Part shown: one piece after another, positions 1 through 12,378 of the stretch
How positions within the stretch are numbered: the stretch's first letter is position 1
Layout: each line of letters opens with the position of its first letter
DNA from: an uncultured Candidatus Saccharibacteria bacterium
GTDB taxonomy: Bacteria; Patescibacteriota; Minisyncoccia; Phycocordibacterales; UBA9973
Length of the DNA: 64,000 nt
Assembly: GCA_964610995.1 (NCBI GenBank)
Contig: CAZSWF010000001.1
Span: 2,813 to 66,812 of the forward strand
Reading direction: 5' to 3'
Position numbers and translations under genes: made by a program
Notes under the pieces: generated by a model
Told to the model about the DNA's origin: nothing
Databases searched by the model: none
What the model saw: the letters and a program-made list of their open reading frames with translations, nothing else

Positions 1-347
1 AGCACGTATCGAGCAAAAGGGTGTGTCGACGATAATGGTTGTATCGTAAACCCGTACGCTATGAATGATAATGAACGTGTTGTTGCATGCGGAACTGATT
101 GTCCCAATATTATCTATTTCCCTACGGCAGGATTTTATGGATACGAAACATCGGGTGGTAATTATTTTGATCCATTCAATATAGATACTCAGCCATATCC
201 AACATCATTTGTACGAACTATTACCATACGCGAGACGACCAATACTTCTGAGCCCCAACTCATCGTCACCGCTACAATGGAGTGGCTCAACGGTACCAAC
301 CGCAAATCTGCAACACAAAGTATTATCCTAACCAAATGGAACCTCCT

Positions 348-351
<4 letters not shown>
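1..351 (+). CDS. Pilin-like protein, C-terminal part (5' truncated by window edge)
   Basis: Frame is open from base 1. The Cys-containing globular part ends in VTATMEW...SIILTKW, typical of CPR minor pilins. ATGA overlap with the next PilX-like gene. Confidence 0.55.
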
Positions 352-2832
<2,481 letters not shown>

Positions 2833-2884
2833 ACCAGTCAATACCATCCCCAAAACCCCCTTATTCTGCTATAGTTATCTCACT

Positions 2885-3160
2885 ATGGATATCGATCAGG
2901 TAAAGAAGTTGGCGCAGTTGGCGCGTCTGGATGTACCAGAGGCAGAGCTTGCACGCGTGGCGGCAGATATGGGAACCATCCTCGGTTTTGTGGACGAAAT
3001 ACAAAACGTACAAATCGAAGCGAGTGATGTATCAAGTGGTGATGTGAACGTGTTTCGTGATGATGCAGTCGCACCAATCACACCCGCGCACGACCTCGTC
3101 GAGGCGGCAGTATTGCACCACGATCATTTTATAAAAGTGCCCAAGGTTATCGGAGATTAA
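2885..3160 (+). CDS. gatC: Asp/Glu-tRNA amidotransferase subunit C
   Basis: VKKLAQLARL start, FRDD, FIKVPKV end; directly upstream of gatA. Confidence 0.93.
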   Translation: MDIDQVKKLAQLARLDVPEAELARVAADMGTILGFVDEIQNVQIEASDVSSGDVNVFRDDAVAPITPAHDLVEAAVLHHDHFIKVPKVIGD

Positions 3161-3161
3161 T

Positions 3162-4544
3162 ATGGAAAAGATATCTGACATCCAAAAGAGAGTACAAGGA
3201 GGTGAACGCATTCTCGACATTGCTCGTGAGTACGAAGCCAAGGCTCGTGCAGACACACGAAATATATTTCGCGAAGTATTTGATGATATCGAAACTCAAG
3301 CCCAAGCTGCAGAAGAAATGCTTAAAAGTGGAAAGGCTACACCGATCACTGGCGTACCGATCGCGATCAAAGATAATATATTGTTTGCCGGACACGCAGC
3401 TGGTGCCTCATCGAAAATCCTCGAAGGATATACCGCAAGTTACGATGCTACTGTAGTTGCGAAGCTTCGCGCAGCAGGAGCTATCATCATTGGCCGCACC
3501 AACATGGACGAGTTTGCGATGGGTTCTAGTACCGAGAACTCTGCATATAGCGTGACGAAAAACCCGATCGATGAAACCAAGGTTCCTGGAGGATCATCAG
3601 GAGGATCGGCAGCTGCAGTTGCAGCAGGGCTCGCAGTCGTGTCGCTCGGGTCTGACACTGGAGGAAGTATCAGACAGCCAGCCGCATTTTGTGGAGTGGT
3701 CGGTATACTGCCGACCTATGGCACCGTGTCACGACATGGACTGATGGCGATGGGCTCGTCGCTCGATGTGATTGGTCCGTTTGCACACACGACGGCAGAT
3801 GCACAGATCGTGTACGATATTATCAATGGTAAAGATCAGTATGACAGTACGTCTGTAGAGAATGGTGTATCAAAACCTCTTACCAAGAAACTTGCTGTAC
3901 CCAAAGGAATATTTGATGCAGGAGGAGTAGATAGTGAAGTCAAGCACAACTTTGAGGAAATGATAGAGAAGCTCAAGGTCGAGGGGTATACCGTCGACGA
4001 AATAGATCTGCCTCATTTCAAAAATGCACTTGCGGTCTACTACATACTCATGCCGGCAGAAGTGTCGTCGAACCTCGCACGGTTTGATGGTGTGCGCTAT
4101 GGTCCGAGAGTCGAAGGTGGCAAGATCCAAGACCTGTACACCGCAACTCGAGGGACGCTGTTTGGGGAGGAAGTCCGTCGTCGCATACTGCTCGGTACGT
4201 ACGTGCTCTCACATGGCTACTACGATGCGTACTACAACAAAGCGATAGCGGTGCGTCATGTGATCAAGCGCGAGCTTGCAGATGCATTTACTACCTACGA
4301 TGCGATCCTCACTCCTACCACACCATCCCCTGCATTTGGTATCGGAGACAAGGTCGCGGATCCTATCGCAATGTACCTCTCTGATCTGTACACCGTGCCT
4401 GCCAACATTGCCCATGTACCGGCTATTTCTATACCCAGTGGTACGACGAGTGGTGGATTGCCGATAGGTATACAAGTCATCGGTGCACCCCATGCCGAAG
4501 GTACACTCTTTGCACTCGGTGAGACACTCGAGCGAATCCGCTAA
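3162..4544 (+). CDS. gatA: Asp/Glu-tRNA amidotransferase subunit A
   Basis: Amidase signature IAIKDN, GGSSGGS, GSDTGGSIRQPA; SSNLARFDGVRYG. Confidence 0.97.
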   Translation: MEKISDIQKRVQGGERILDIAREYEAKARADTRNIFREVFDDIETQAQAAEEMLKSGKATPITGVPIAIKDNILFAGHAAGASSKILEGYTASYDATVVAKLRAAGAIIIGRTNMDEFAMGSSTENSAYSVTKNPIDETKVPGGSSGGSAAAVAAGLAVVSLGSDTGGSIRQPAAFCGVVGILPTYGTVSRHGLMAMGSSLDVIGPFAHTTADAQIVYDIINGKDQYDSTSVENGVSKPLTKKLAVPKGIFDAGGVDSEVKHNFEEMIEKLKVEGYTVDEIDLPHFKNALAVYYILMPAEVSSNLARFDGVRYGPRVEGGKIQDLYTATRGTLFGEEVRRRILLGTYVLSHGYYDAYYNKAIAVRHVIKRELADAFTTYDAILTPTTPSPAFGIGDKVADPIAMYLSDLYTVPANIAHVPAISIPSGTTSGGLPIGIQVIGAPHAEGTLFALGETLERIR

Positions 4545-4562
4545 ATATGCGATACTAGTACT

Positions 4563-5201
4563 ATGCAATCAAACGTACCAGAGCCCATATTTCTCAACGT
4601 TGAGTATATCTTTTCGTGGTTGTGGGGACACATCTTTGGGCCACTGTTTTCACAGAACACAATTGCGTTCTTGCAGTTCTTGCTCTCGATACTGATCATC
4701 ATTGGTATCACGATCATTTTGTATAGTCTGGTACGCATCCATGAAATGAAGCAAGACGATGAACGCAAGGCTGCAAAAGCCAAAAAAGAAGCAACCCCCG
4801 CAGCAGCTCCTGCGCAAAGTACACGCAGCGGTATGGATCTACCTGGTGCAACCAGTGCGATAAGTGAATCACAGACGATCCCTCGCAACGAAACATGGGA
4901 ACATATTCGCAGCAAGCTCCTCTCTGAGAGTCAGAGTGACTGGCGACTTGCTATCATAGAAGCCGATATATACCTGGATCGCGTGCTCGATACTCGTGGA
5001 GTACCAGGAGACACGCTGGGCGACAAACTCAAAAATGTATCTCCCGAAATACTGCCATCGGTGCAAATAGCCTGGGAAGCACACAAGGTGCGCAACCGTA
5101 TCGCGCACGACGGCGCAGACTTTGCACTCACGATGCCCGAAGCTCGGCGGGTATTGTCGTATTTTGAGATAGTATTTCGAGATTTGCGCGTCATCGAGTA
5201 A
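4563..5201 (+). CDS. Membrane-anchored protein with C-terminal HEPN-like (DUF4145-like) domain
   Basis: One hydrophobic helix, an Ala/Pro linker, then a helical domain containing RNRIAH (R-X4-H). Confidence 0.6.
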   Translation: MQSNVPEPIFLNVEYIFSWLWGHIFGPLFSQNTIAFLQFLLSILIIIGITIILYSLVRIHEMKQDDERKAAKAKKEATPAAAPAQSTRSGMDLPGATSAISESQTIPRNETWEHIRSKLLSESQSDWRLAIIEADIYLDRVLDTRGVPGDTLGDKLKNVSPEILPSVQIAWEAHKVRNRIAHDGADFALTMPEARRVLSYFEIVFRDLRVIE

Positions 5202-5251
5202 CTTGCGCTTGTCAGTGTCGTCTTGTATGATGTGCATCTGTACGCATATAT

Positions 5252-5322
5252 CGCGGGGTAGAGAAGAGGTATCTCGTAAGGCTCATAACCTTAAGACCCA
5301 CGTTCGATTCGTGGCCCCGCAA
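5252..5322 (+). tRNA. tRNA-fMet (CAT), initiator
   Basis: CGCGGGG...CCCCGCA-A with C1:A72 mismatch, loop CTCATAA, GTTCGATTC T-arm. CCA not encoded. Confidence 0.9.
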
Positions 5323-5328
5323 CAATCA

Positions 5329-5363
5329 AGCAAAAATCCCTATATAACATAGGGATTTTTGCT
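5329..5363. terminator. Bidirectional terminator between convergent tRNA genes
   Basis: Inverted repeat AGCAAAAATCCCTAT / ATAGGGATTTTTGCT. Confidence 0.75.
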
Positions 5364-5379
5364 ATTGTGGCCAGGATAA

Positions 5380-5456
5380 TGGCGCGAACGACGGGACTTG
5401 AACCCGCAACCTCCCGCGTGACAGGCGGGTGCTCTAACCAGTTGAGCTACGTCCGC
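5380..5456 (-). tRNA. tRNA-Asp (GTC)
   Basis: Reverse complement GCGGACGTAGCTCAACTGGTTAGAGCACCCGCCTGTCACGCGGG...GTTCAAGTCCCGTCGTTCGCGCCA; CCA encoded. Confidence 0.95.
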
Positions 5457-5484
5457 AAATTGTTAACAAAGCCTTTCGGCCGGG

Positions 5485-5558
5485 TGTCGACGGGTGGGCA
5501 CGATCCACCGACCTTAGCGTTATGAATGCTACGCTCTAACCAGCTGAGCTACGCCGAC
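5485..5558 (-). tRNA. tRNA with CAT anticodon (probably elongator Met; Ile2 not excluded), atypical T-loop
   Basis: Reverse complement GTCGGCGTAGCTCAGCTGGTTAGAGCGTAGCATTCATAACGCTAAGGTCGGTGGATCGTGCCCACCCGTCGACA folds as a cloverleaf. Confidence 0.85.
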
Positions 5559-5631
5559 AAGCTTGCAACGACAGGGCTCAAAAAATATAGCATATATCCA
5601 CAAAAATTCAACACATGGTATACTGTCCGTA

Positions 5632-6489
5632 ATGAAAAAGTATGGTCTAATCGTAGCACTCATAGTACTCCTAGCCCCCGTAGCGAGCTTTGCTGCACCC
5701 CTTGCTCCTGCGCCAACGCTCAGTGCAAAAGGAGTAGCGGTCTATGGGTGGAACAAAGGCGACACAGAGCCGACACCGCTGTATCTGAAAAATGAACATC
5801 GCCTCTATCCGATCGCAAGTTTGACCAAGCTCGTCACTGCCAAGGTCGCTGAAGAACTCTATGACAAAGAGACAATATTTACGATCTCTAAAAAGGCGGT
5901 ATCAACATATGGTGTCACCAACGGTATTCAGGTAGGTGCGCAGTTTACCCGGGACGACTTACTCAAAGCGCTTCTTGTTAACTCAAGTAATGATGCTGCC
6001 ACCGCTCTTATGGAGCGAGTCGGAACAAAAACGTTTCTTGAAAAAATGAATGACGTTCTACATACGAACAAATACACCGCAACATCGTTCGTCAACCCTT
6101 CTGGGCTTGATCCGGTAAATAAAAATACTAAGCCAAATCGTATGACGCCATACCATCTGACGAGACTACTCAACGATATTTATCAATCAGACCCACTACT
6201 TGCTGACCTCATGTCCAAAGATGTGGTTGAGATCACCAATCTCAAGACCAACACTATGGCTCTTTTGAAGCAGACCAACATTCTTTATCGAGATGAAGAT
6301 TACAAAGACAAGATCATCATGAGTAAAACAGGGCTGACCAACCTTGCAGGACAAAACGTTGCATTTATTTCTCCGGGAAATGATGAGTATGAGTACGTAT
6401 CGGTAGTTATCCTCGGCTCAAAGAGTAGGGCAGTAGACTCACGTAAACTCATCGACTGGATTGGCAGCGCACAGAACTTTGGCGGATAG
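5632..6489 (+). CDS. D-alanyl-D-alanine carboxypeptidase (peptidase S11)
   Basis: Signal peptide; SxxK (ASLTK), SxN (SSND), KTG motifs. Confidence 0.9.
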   Translation: MKKYGLIVALIVLLAPVASFAAPLAPAPTLSAKGVAVYGWNKGDTEPTPLYLKNEHRLYPIASLTKLVTAKVAEELYDKETIFTISKKAVSTYGVTNGIQVGAQFTRDDLLKALLVNSSNDAATALMERVGTKTFLEKMNDVLHTNKYTATSFVNPSGLDPVNKNTKPNRMTPYHLTRLLNDIYQSDPLLADLMSKDVVEITNLKTNTMALLKQTNILYRDEDYKDKIIMSKTGLTNLAGQNVAFISPGNDEYEYVSVVILGSKSRAVDSRKLIDWIGSAQNFGG

Positions 6490-6492
6490 CGT

Positions 6493-6521
6493 TTGACATA
6501 TAATACAAAGGATGTTATCAT
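6493..6521 (+). promoter_or_regulatory. Sigma70-type promoter of the DEAD-box helicase gene
   Basis: TTGACA-17 bp-TATCAT with TG extension. Confidence 0.7.
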
Positions 6522-6595
6522 AGCTTATTATTCAATTGTGTTATAGGACTTCTAGGTCTGGATGACACAGAAGAAGTAATATACATAACACAATA

Positions 6596-7972
6596 ATGAC
6601 TACATCACACTCACGTCCCGCAAGCGGACGTACCGTTACTCGTCGTCCAGGCGCAAGCTCTGCACGACCATTTACCAAGCGACCCGCTCGAAGCGGAGGA
6701 TTTTCGTCTGGCGGCATCATCACCTCTATAGGTTCTGGTACTCGCTACGAAGGCAAACGACCAAGCTACCCAGGCGCAAGCTTTGGGGGTGGTAGTATGC
6801 GCAGCCGTCCGAGCTTTGGCACACGTGGCCGACCGACTGGAGGCAACCGCCGTGGTCCAAAACGAGGCGACTTCATTGATGAAAATAAATTCATCAACAA
6901 AGCAACTGTCGAAACTCAAGAAGTTGTGTACAACCCAACACACACATTTGCTGATTTCAATATTCACGACACACTCGGTAAGAATCTTTTGAAAAAAGGA
7001 TTTGTTCACCCATCTCCTATTCAGGATCAGGCGATCCCAGTACTTCTTGAAGGCAAGGACCTCATTGGTATTGCAGCAACAGGGACAGGGAAAACTGCTG
7101 CGTTTTTGATCCCGATCATCAACAAGTTTGTCGACGATCGCATGCACCAGGCACTCGTACTTGCTCCTACACGAGAGCTCGCACAGCAGATCGAAGAAGA
7201 GTTCCGTGTGTTTACTGTCGGAATGAAACTATTTTCAGTATCAGTAGTCGGTGGTCTCCCTATTACAAAACAGATTCGTGAGATCGAGCACGGTGTACAC
7301 ATCGTGATCGGTACTCCAGGTCGTGTCAAAGACCTGATCGAACGAGGTAAGCTTAAAATGGCAGACTTCAACACCGTCGTACTCGACGAAGCAGATCGCA
7401 TGCTCGACATGGGATTTATCGATGACATGCGCGAGATCCTCGGCGCAATGCCCAACCACAAGCAGGGTATGTTCTTCTCAGCGACATTCTCACCAGAGAT
7501 CAAGCGTCTCTGTAGCGACTTCCTTCGCGATCCAGTTACTATCTCGCTCAAAACTCGCGACACCTCAGCAAGCGTAGATCAAGACATCGTTCGTGTACCA
7601 CATGGCGCAGAAAAGATCGAAGTACTCCACGACCTTCTCAATAAAGAAGAGTTTAAAAAGGTACTCATTTTCCGAGAAACCAAGCGCAATACCGACGAGC
7701 TCGCACGTGAACTTAAAAAGCGTGGCTTTGCAGCGATGCCGCTCCACGGTGACATGCGTTCTCGTGAGCGTATGCGTACGGTAGAGTCATTTGCCAAAGG
7801 TATGACCACAGTGGTGGTAGCGACAGACGTCGCCGCACGCGGTATCGACATCCCCGACATCACACACGTGATCAACTACGATGTACCATCGACCTACGAC
7901 ACCTACGTACACCGCATCGGTCGTACTGGCCGCGGCAACAAAAAGGGTATCGCACTCACCTTTGTTCGATAA
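6596..7972 (+). CDS. DEAD-box RNA helicase with R/G-rich N-terminal extension
   Basis: Q motif (GF..PSPIQ), ATGTGKT, PTRELA, DEAD, SAT, HRIGRTGR. Confidence 0.96.
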   Translation: MTTSHSRPASGRTVTRRPGASSARPFTKRPARSGGFSSGGIITSIGSGTRYEGKRPSYPGASFGGGSMRSRPSFGTRGRPTGGNRRGPKRGDFIDENKFINKATVETQEVVYNPTHTFADFNIHDTLGKNLLKKGFVHPSPIQDQAIPVLLEGKDLIGIAATGTGKTAAFLIPIINKFVDDRMHQALVLAPTRELAQQIEEEFRVFTVGMKLFSVSVVGGLPITKQIREIEHGVHIVIGTPGRVKDLIERGKLKMADFNTVVLDEADRMLDMGFIDDMREILGAMPNHKQGMFFSATFSPEIKRLCSDFLRDPVTISLKTRDTSASVDQDIVRVPHGAEKIEVLHDLLNKEEFKKVLIFRETKRNTDELARELKKRGFAAMPLHGDMRSRERMRTVESFAKGMTTVVVATDVAARGIDIPDITHVINYDVPSTYDTYVHRIGRTGRGNKKGIALTFVR

Positions 7973-8083
7973 TTGAAAAAATACGTTTTTGTGATATCGT
8001 TTATGAGACTTTATCCGTTGAAAAGACCTGTTTGATTAATTGCGATCATTCTAAAAACAGGTCGTACGGATAAAGTTCTTTTT

Positions 8084-8156
8084 GCCGTTATAGCTCAGCT
8101 GGTAGAGCACTCCATTGGTAATGGGGAGGTCATCGGTTCAAACCCGATTAACGGCT
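8084..8156 (+). tRNA. tRNA-Thr (GGT)
   Basis: GCCGTTA...TAACGGC-T acceptor stem, loop TTGGTAA, GGTTCAAACC T-arm. Confidence 0.95.
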
Positions 8157-8241
8157 CCCAAAACGTATCTATACCTTGACTTTGGCTCAATTCACGATAG
8201 AATTAAGAAAATTTTTCACACAAACCAATACTCTAAAAGCT

Positions 8242-8448
8242 ATGAATGTGTATTCAGGATTAAAAAGCACTGCTTCAAATCGCCATCTGGATGGATGGCA
8301 AAACCTAATCACCGCTCAAGAAACCGGTAAAAAAGTAGGAAAAAAATTGCGCCAAAATGCCGATGTTGAGCTTGACGATGAACTCGATGAAGAACCAAAA
8401 GATGTTTTCAAAGAAAATGCTGAGTTCTTTCAATCATCAGATGATTAA
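8242..8448 (+). CDS. Small orphan protein with acidic C-terminus
   Basis: ORF with its own TTGACT/TAGAAT promoter (8176-8203) and a downstream hairpin terminator (about 8464-8490). Confidence 0.55.
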   Translation: MNVYSGLKSTASNRHLDGWQNLITAQETGKKVGKKLRQNADVELDDELDEEPKDVFKENAEFFQSSDD

Positions 8449-8575
8449 ATTATTACACAAAAGGGCCAGCTCTCTCATGAGTCTGGCCTTTGTTATTATC
8501 ACTTTTCATGCTATAGTATGGCACTTCTGAGTACCCGGAAACGGGACTTTTAATTTATATAATTTAAGGACATTT

Positions 8576-10381
8576 ATGGAAATACGAAACATTGCAATCA
8601 TCGCACACGTGGACCACGGCAAGACAACACTGACTGACAAAATGCTCTCATTTTGCGGTATTGTGCTTGATGGTGCATCTATGGACTCCAACGCCATCGA
8701 ACAAGAGCGTGGGATCACTATCTATGCCAAGAACACGGCAGTCATGTACAAAGGTACCAAGATCAACATCGTGGATACTCCAGGTCACGCCGACTTTGGA
8801 TCAGAAGTTGAACGCGTGCTTCGAAGTATCGACTCAGTGCTCTTGATCGTGGACGCCCAAGAAGGTCCTATGCCACAAACTCGTTTCGTATTGAAGAAGT
8901 CTCTCGAACTCGGCCTCAAGCCAATCGTCGTGATCAATAAAATCGACAAGCCAGGGTCAGATTGTGCGCATACACACGATGCAGTATTTGAACTCTTTAT
9001 GGAGCTCGGAGCATCTGATGAGCAGCTCGACTTTACCACCGTGTACGCAATCGGGCGTGATGGTGTTGCCATGCGCAATGAAAACGATGAACGCAAAGAT
9101 CTCGAACCATTGTTTGAAACGATTATCGAAAAAGTGCCAGTCGCACTCAACGACACTACCAAGCAGTTTCGTATGCAGGCATTCAACCTCGCGTACGACA
9201 ACTTCCTCGGACGTCTCGCGGCAGGTCGCGTGTACGAAGGTGTCGCAAAAGCTGGTGACACGGTGTACATTCGCAGTGGTGATGGTGCAGCCCGTACTGC
9301 GCGTATTGTAAAACTCTTTACATTTATGGGAATGAAGCGTGAAGAAGTAACCGAAGCAGTGGCAGGAGATATCGTCATGATCGCAGGTATCCCTGACATT
9401 TTCATCGGAGAAACTATTAGTACCAACAAAGAAGCAGAATTGCTCCCCGCTATCACAATTGATGAACCTACTATCGTGCTTGATTTCTTGGTCAACAACT
9501 CACCATTTGCCGGCAAGGAAGGTAAGTTTGTGACCTCTCGCCAGATTCGTGAACGCCTCGAACGTGAGCTTGAGACCAACGTTGGACTGAAAGTAAATTT
9601 TGACGCGAACCCTGATCGTATCGCCGAAGGCTTCACTGTCTACGGTCGCGGAGAAATGCACATTGCAGTATTGCTCGAAAACATGCGCCGTGAAGGATAT
9701 GAAATCCAGGTCTCACAGCCACAAGTTATTATCAAAGAAATCGATGGTGTGAAAAGTGAACCATTTGAAGAAGTCACAATCGATGCACCCGCAGAACACC
9801 AAGGTGTCATCATCGAAAAGCTCGGCATGCGAGGATTTATCATGGGTGATATGAACCTCAAGAACAACACCGTGCGCATGGTATTCACTGGCCCAACTCG
9901 TGGACTCCTCGGATACCGCAACCAGTTCCTCGTGGATACCAAAGGTGAAGGTATCATGAGTGCGCGTGTACTCGGCTTCCGTCCATACGCAGGAGAGATC
10001 ACTCGTCGTCAGGTGGGCTCTATGATCTCTATGGAAAGTGGCAAAGCACTCGCATTTGCGCTCTGGGGTCTCCAGGATCGCGGTACGCTCTACATTGGTC
10101 CTCAGACCGAAGTCTATGAAGGTATGGTGATCGGCAACACTTCTAAAGGTGAAGAAATGAAAGTGAACCCTACCAAGGGCAAGCAACTCACCAACATGCG
10201 CGCATCAGGAACTGACGAAGCAGTCACTATCATTCCACCATGGACGATGACTATCGAACGTGGACTTGAAGTAATGGTAGATGATGAATTCCTCGAAGTC
10301 ACACCACTCTCTGTGCGTCTGCGCAAGCAATACCTCAACGATGCAGATCGAGTAAAGGCTCGACGTCCAAAGAATCAATAA
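8576..10381 (+). CDS. typA: Translational GTPase TypA/BipA
   Basis: [34 protein letters not shown]-terminal EVTP..VRLRK. Confidence 0.97.
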   Translation: MEIRNIAIIAHVDHGKTTLTDKMLSFCGIVLDGASMDSNAIEQERGITIYAKNTAVMYKGTKINIVDTPGHADFGSEVERVLRSIDSVLLIVDAQEGPMPQTRFVLKKSLELGLKPIVVINKIDKPGSDCAHTHDAVFELFMELGASDEQLDFTTVYAIGRDGVAMRNENDERKDLEPLFETIIEKVPVALNDTTKQFRMQAFNLAYDNFLGRLAAGRVYEGVAKAGDTVYIRSGDGAARTARIVKLFTFMGMKREEVTEAVAGDIVMIAGIPDIFIGETISTNKEAELLPAITIDEPTIVLDFLVNNSPFAGKEGKFVTSRQIRERLERELETNVGLKVNFDANPDRIAEGFTVYGRGEMHIAVLLENMRREGYEIQVSQPQVIIKEIDGVKSEPFEEVTIDAPAEHQGVIIEKLGMRGFIMGDMNLKNNTVRMVFTGPTRGLLGYRNQFLVDTKGEGIMSARVLGFRPYAGEITRRQVGSMISMESGKALAFALWGLQDRGTLYIGPQTEVYEGMVIGNTSKGEEMKVNPTKGKQLTNMRASGTDEAVTIIPPWTMTIERGLEVMVDDEFLEVTPLSVRLRKQYLNDADRVKARRPKNQ

Positions 10382-11088
10382 TGAACGAAAAACGACTCAA
10401 AGAATTTTGGGATAAGGAATATAAGGATCCGGGGATGTTTGCGCTCTCGGATGAAGTCTCGACAGACCTTGTCAAATGTGTCCGATGGATGATGAAGGAA
10501 TACGGCAAGGATGTATTTCGTCCTGATGTCACCGTGCTTGATGCAGGTTGTGGCAACGGTCGCAACTTGCTGTGGCTCAACGACATGTTTCGAGTCTATG
10601 GGTACGGCTACGACATTTCAGGCGAAGCTATTGCTCAAGCGCAAAAGCAGGCAGACAAACAGCAGTGGGGCAGTAAGCTCACATTCGCAGTACGCTCACT
10701 TGATGAGCTTATTCCACTTGAAAATGAAAGTGTCGATCTCGTGATCGATGCAATGTCGTCCCACTTTCTCAAGAATGTAGAACGCGCACGATTTATCTCA
10801 GAAGTCGCTCGCGTGTTGAAGCCGCAGGGACTTCTCTTTTTCAAATCATTTTATGCAGAGCGTGACAGTCATACCAAAGAGCTCCTCGAGAAACATGGCG
10901 CAGGTGAGGAGAACGCGTACATTCACCCCAAGCTCAAAGTGTACGAGTACGTGTGGACGGATGCAGCACTTGCAGCATCATTTGATGAGCAATTTGTGTT
11001 GATGAAGAAAGAACTCTCAGGCAAGCACCATATCAAAGGCAAGCCCGCCAAGCGTCGCTCTGTCGTGTGTTATTTTGAGAAAAAGTAG
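10381..11088 (+). CDS. Class I SAM-dependent methyltransferase
   Basis: VLDAGCGNGRN motif I; RVLKPQG. Confidence 0.88.
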   Translation: MNEKRLKEFWDKEYKDPGMFALSDEVSTDLVKCVRWMMKEYGKDVFRPDVTVLDAGCGNGRNLLWLNDMFRVYGYGYDISGEAIAQAQKQADKQQWGSKLTFAVRSLDELIPLENESVDLVIDAMSSHFLKNVERARFISEVARVLKPQGLLFFKSFYAERDSHTKELLEKHGAGEENAYIHPKLKVYEYVWTDAALAASFDEQFVLMKKELSGKHHIKGKPAKRRSVVCYFEKK

Positions 11089-11109
11089 GGTAGGATAGTG
11101 GGCAATAAC

Positions 11110-11182
11110 GCCACCTTAGCTCAGCTGGTAGAGCAACGGTATCGTAAACCGTAGGTCCCGAGTTCGATCCTCGGAGGTGGCT
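11110..11182 (+). tRNA. tRNA-Thr (CGT)
   Basis: GCCACCT...AGGTGGC-T acceptor stem; anticodon arm ACGGT-ATCGTAA-ACCGT. Confidence 0.93.
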
Positions 11183-11210
11183 CAGGAAATCTGGGCTATA
11201 CTATAGAGAC

Positions 11211-12377
11211 ATGCCCGCACACCACACACCAGTAGCGCCTACCGAGAGCCGGGGACTGCTTATCTATGATGCAGATCGTGAGCTCGACACCACGCACCCA
11301 CTGTGGAACGAGATCATGCTCTACGCAGAGCGTCTCGAAGAAGTGCACGTATTTATTTTTATAAAAAAGTTTCCAAGCAAGGCGGTGCGTGTTGTACATC
11401 TTAGTGCCAACACATTTGTATACTATCTACCTGGTACCTGGATACTGTTTCGCCTCGACACGATACTGCCACTGATCAAGTACAACATGATCTGGAACAA
11501 GGTCTTTCGTCCAGATTTCGTTCTCAATCACTCGACACACAGTGGTGCGATCTTGGGTCTTGCACTTGCCAAGCGCTATCGCGTGCCGTACATACTTGCA
11601 ACACTCGGCGGCTTCTTAGAAATGCCAGTACTTTCCCGTGAGTTTCTGCTGCACTATATACTCGCGCGATGCGCGCGGCTTGTGATTGTACCAGGAGACA
11701 AAGTTGCGCACGATCTCTCGACACATATTGGAGTGCGTAGTACGCGGATTGCTGTAGTACCACCTGCAGTTGATCTCTCATTTTTGGGACAAAAGGTAGA
11801 AGCGGTGAGCTTTGCGAAAAAGTATCCATTTCACAACTTCTTTCTCATCACACAGACATCGATAGGACATCGACGAGACATTGTATTTCTCATGCGAGTG
11901 TTCAGGCGAGTACTGTCCAAGTATCCCAAAACAGCGCTCGTATTTGTAGTACCTCGATCGCAGGTGGATGCCGTCTCACACATTGTGGCTGGTCGTCGTA
12001 GTACGAGTGCATATGTCTATGCTCAAGGAGATGACATCACGCAAGTCATCGCAGGTGGACATGTATACCTCTCGACTTCAGAAACACAAGAAATGGCGAT
12101 CCCAGTAGTACGCGCACTATCGTTACATATACCCGTTGTGGCGACTTCGGTGGGCATTGCCAAGGACTTGTTTACAGGGACTCGATACGCTAGATGTATG
12201 GTGCCGGTGGGAGACGAGGATGCGTATACCAAGGCGATCATTGATTTGATAGAAAACCAGCAACTGCGTGACGAATATCGACTCAACACGACCACGCTGA
12301 TTGCGACATTTACCCCTCAGACGCCATCAGGCTATGTTGCTGCGGTAGTGGCACGTGTGGTACAAGAAAAGGCGTAG
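11211..12377 (+). CDS. Glycosyltransferase family 4-like (GT-B fold), divergent
   Basis: [26 protein letters not shown]: C-terminal GT4 pattern. Confidence 0.7.
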   Translation: MPAHHTPVAPTESRGLLIYDADRELDTTHPLWNEIMLYAERLEEVHVFIFIKKFPSKAVRVVHLSANTFVYYLPGTWILFRLDTILPLIKYNMIWNKVFRPDFVLNHSTHSGAILGLALAKRYRVPYILATLGGFLEMPVLSREFLLHYILARCARLVIVPGDKVAHDLSTHIGVRSTRIAVVPPAVDLSFLGQKVEAVSFAKKYPFHNFFLITQTSIGHRRDIVFLMRVFRRVLSKYPKTALVFVVPRSQVDAVSHIVAGRRSTSAYVYAQGDDITQVIAGGHVYLSTSETQEMAIPVVRALSLHIPVVATSVGIAKDLFTGTRYARCMVPVGDEDAYTKAIIDLIENQQLRDEYRLNTTTLIATFTPQTPSGYVAAVVARVVQEKA

Positions 12378-12378
12378 T

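Noticed and set aside
5526-5795. ORF 5526-5795 and similar ORFs overlapping tRNAs (8115-8330, 14755-15072)
   Set aside because: They are translations of tRNA sequence or off-frame shadows of real genes.
8008-8076. Hairpin as SRP (4.5S) or 6S RNA
   Set aside because: It lacks the GNRA-capped helix 8 with the AGCAG motif and is too short for 6S; kept only as an unknown structured RNA.
8785-9636. Long antisense ORFs (283 aa here; also 24770-25399, 45856-46536, 52295-52939, 56857-57501)
   Set aside because: They mirror conserved genes on the opposite strand, a codon-bias artefact, and show no recognisable motifs.
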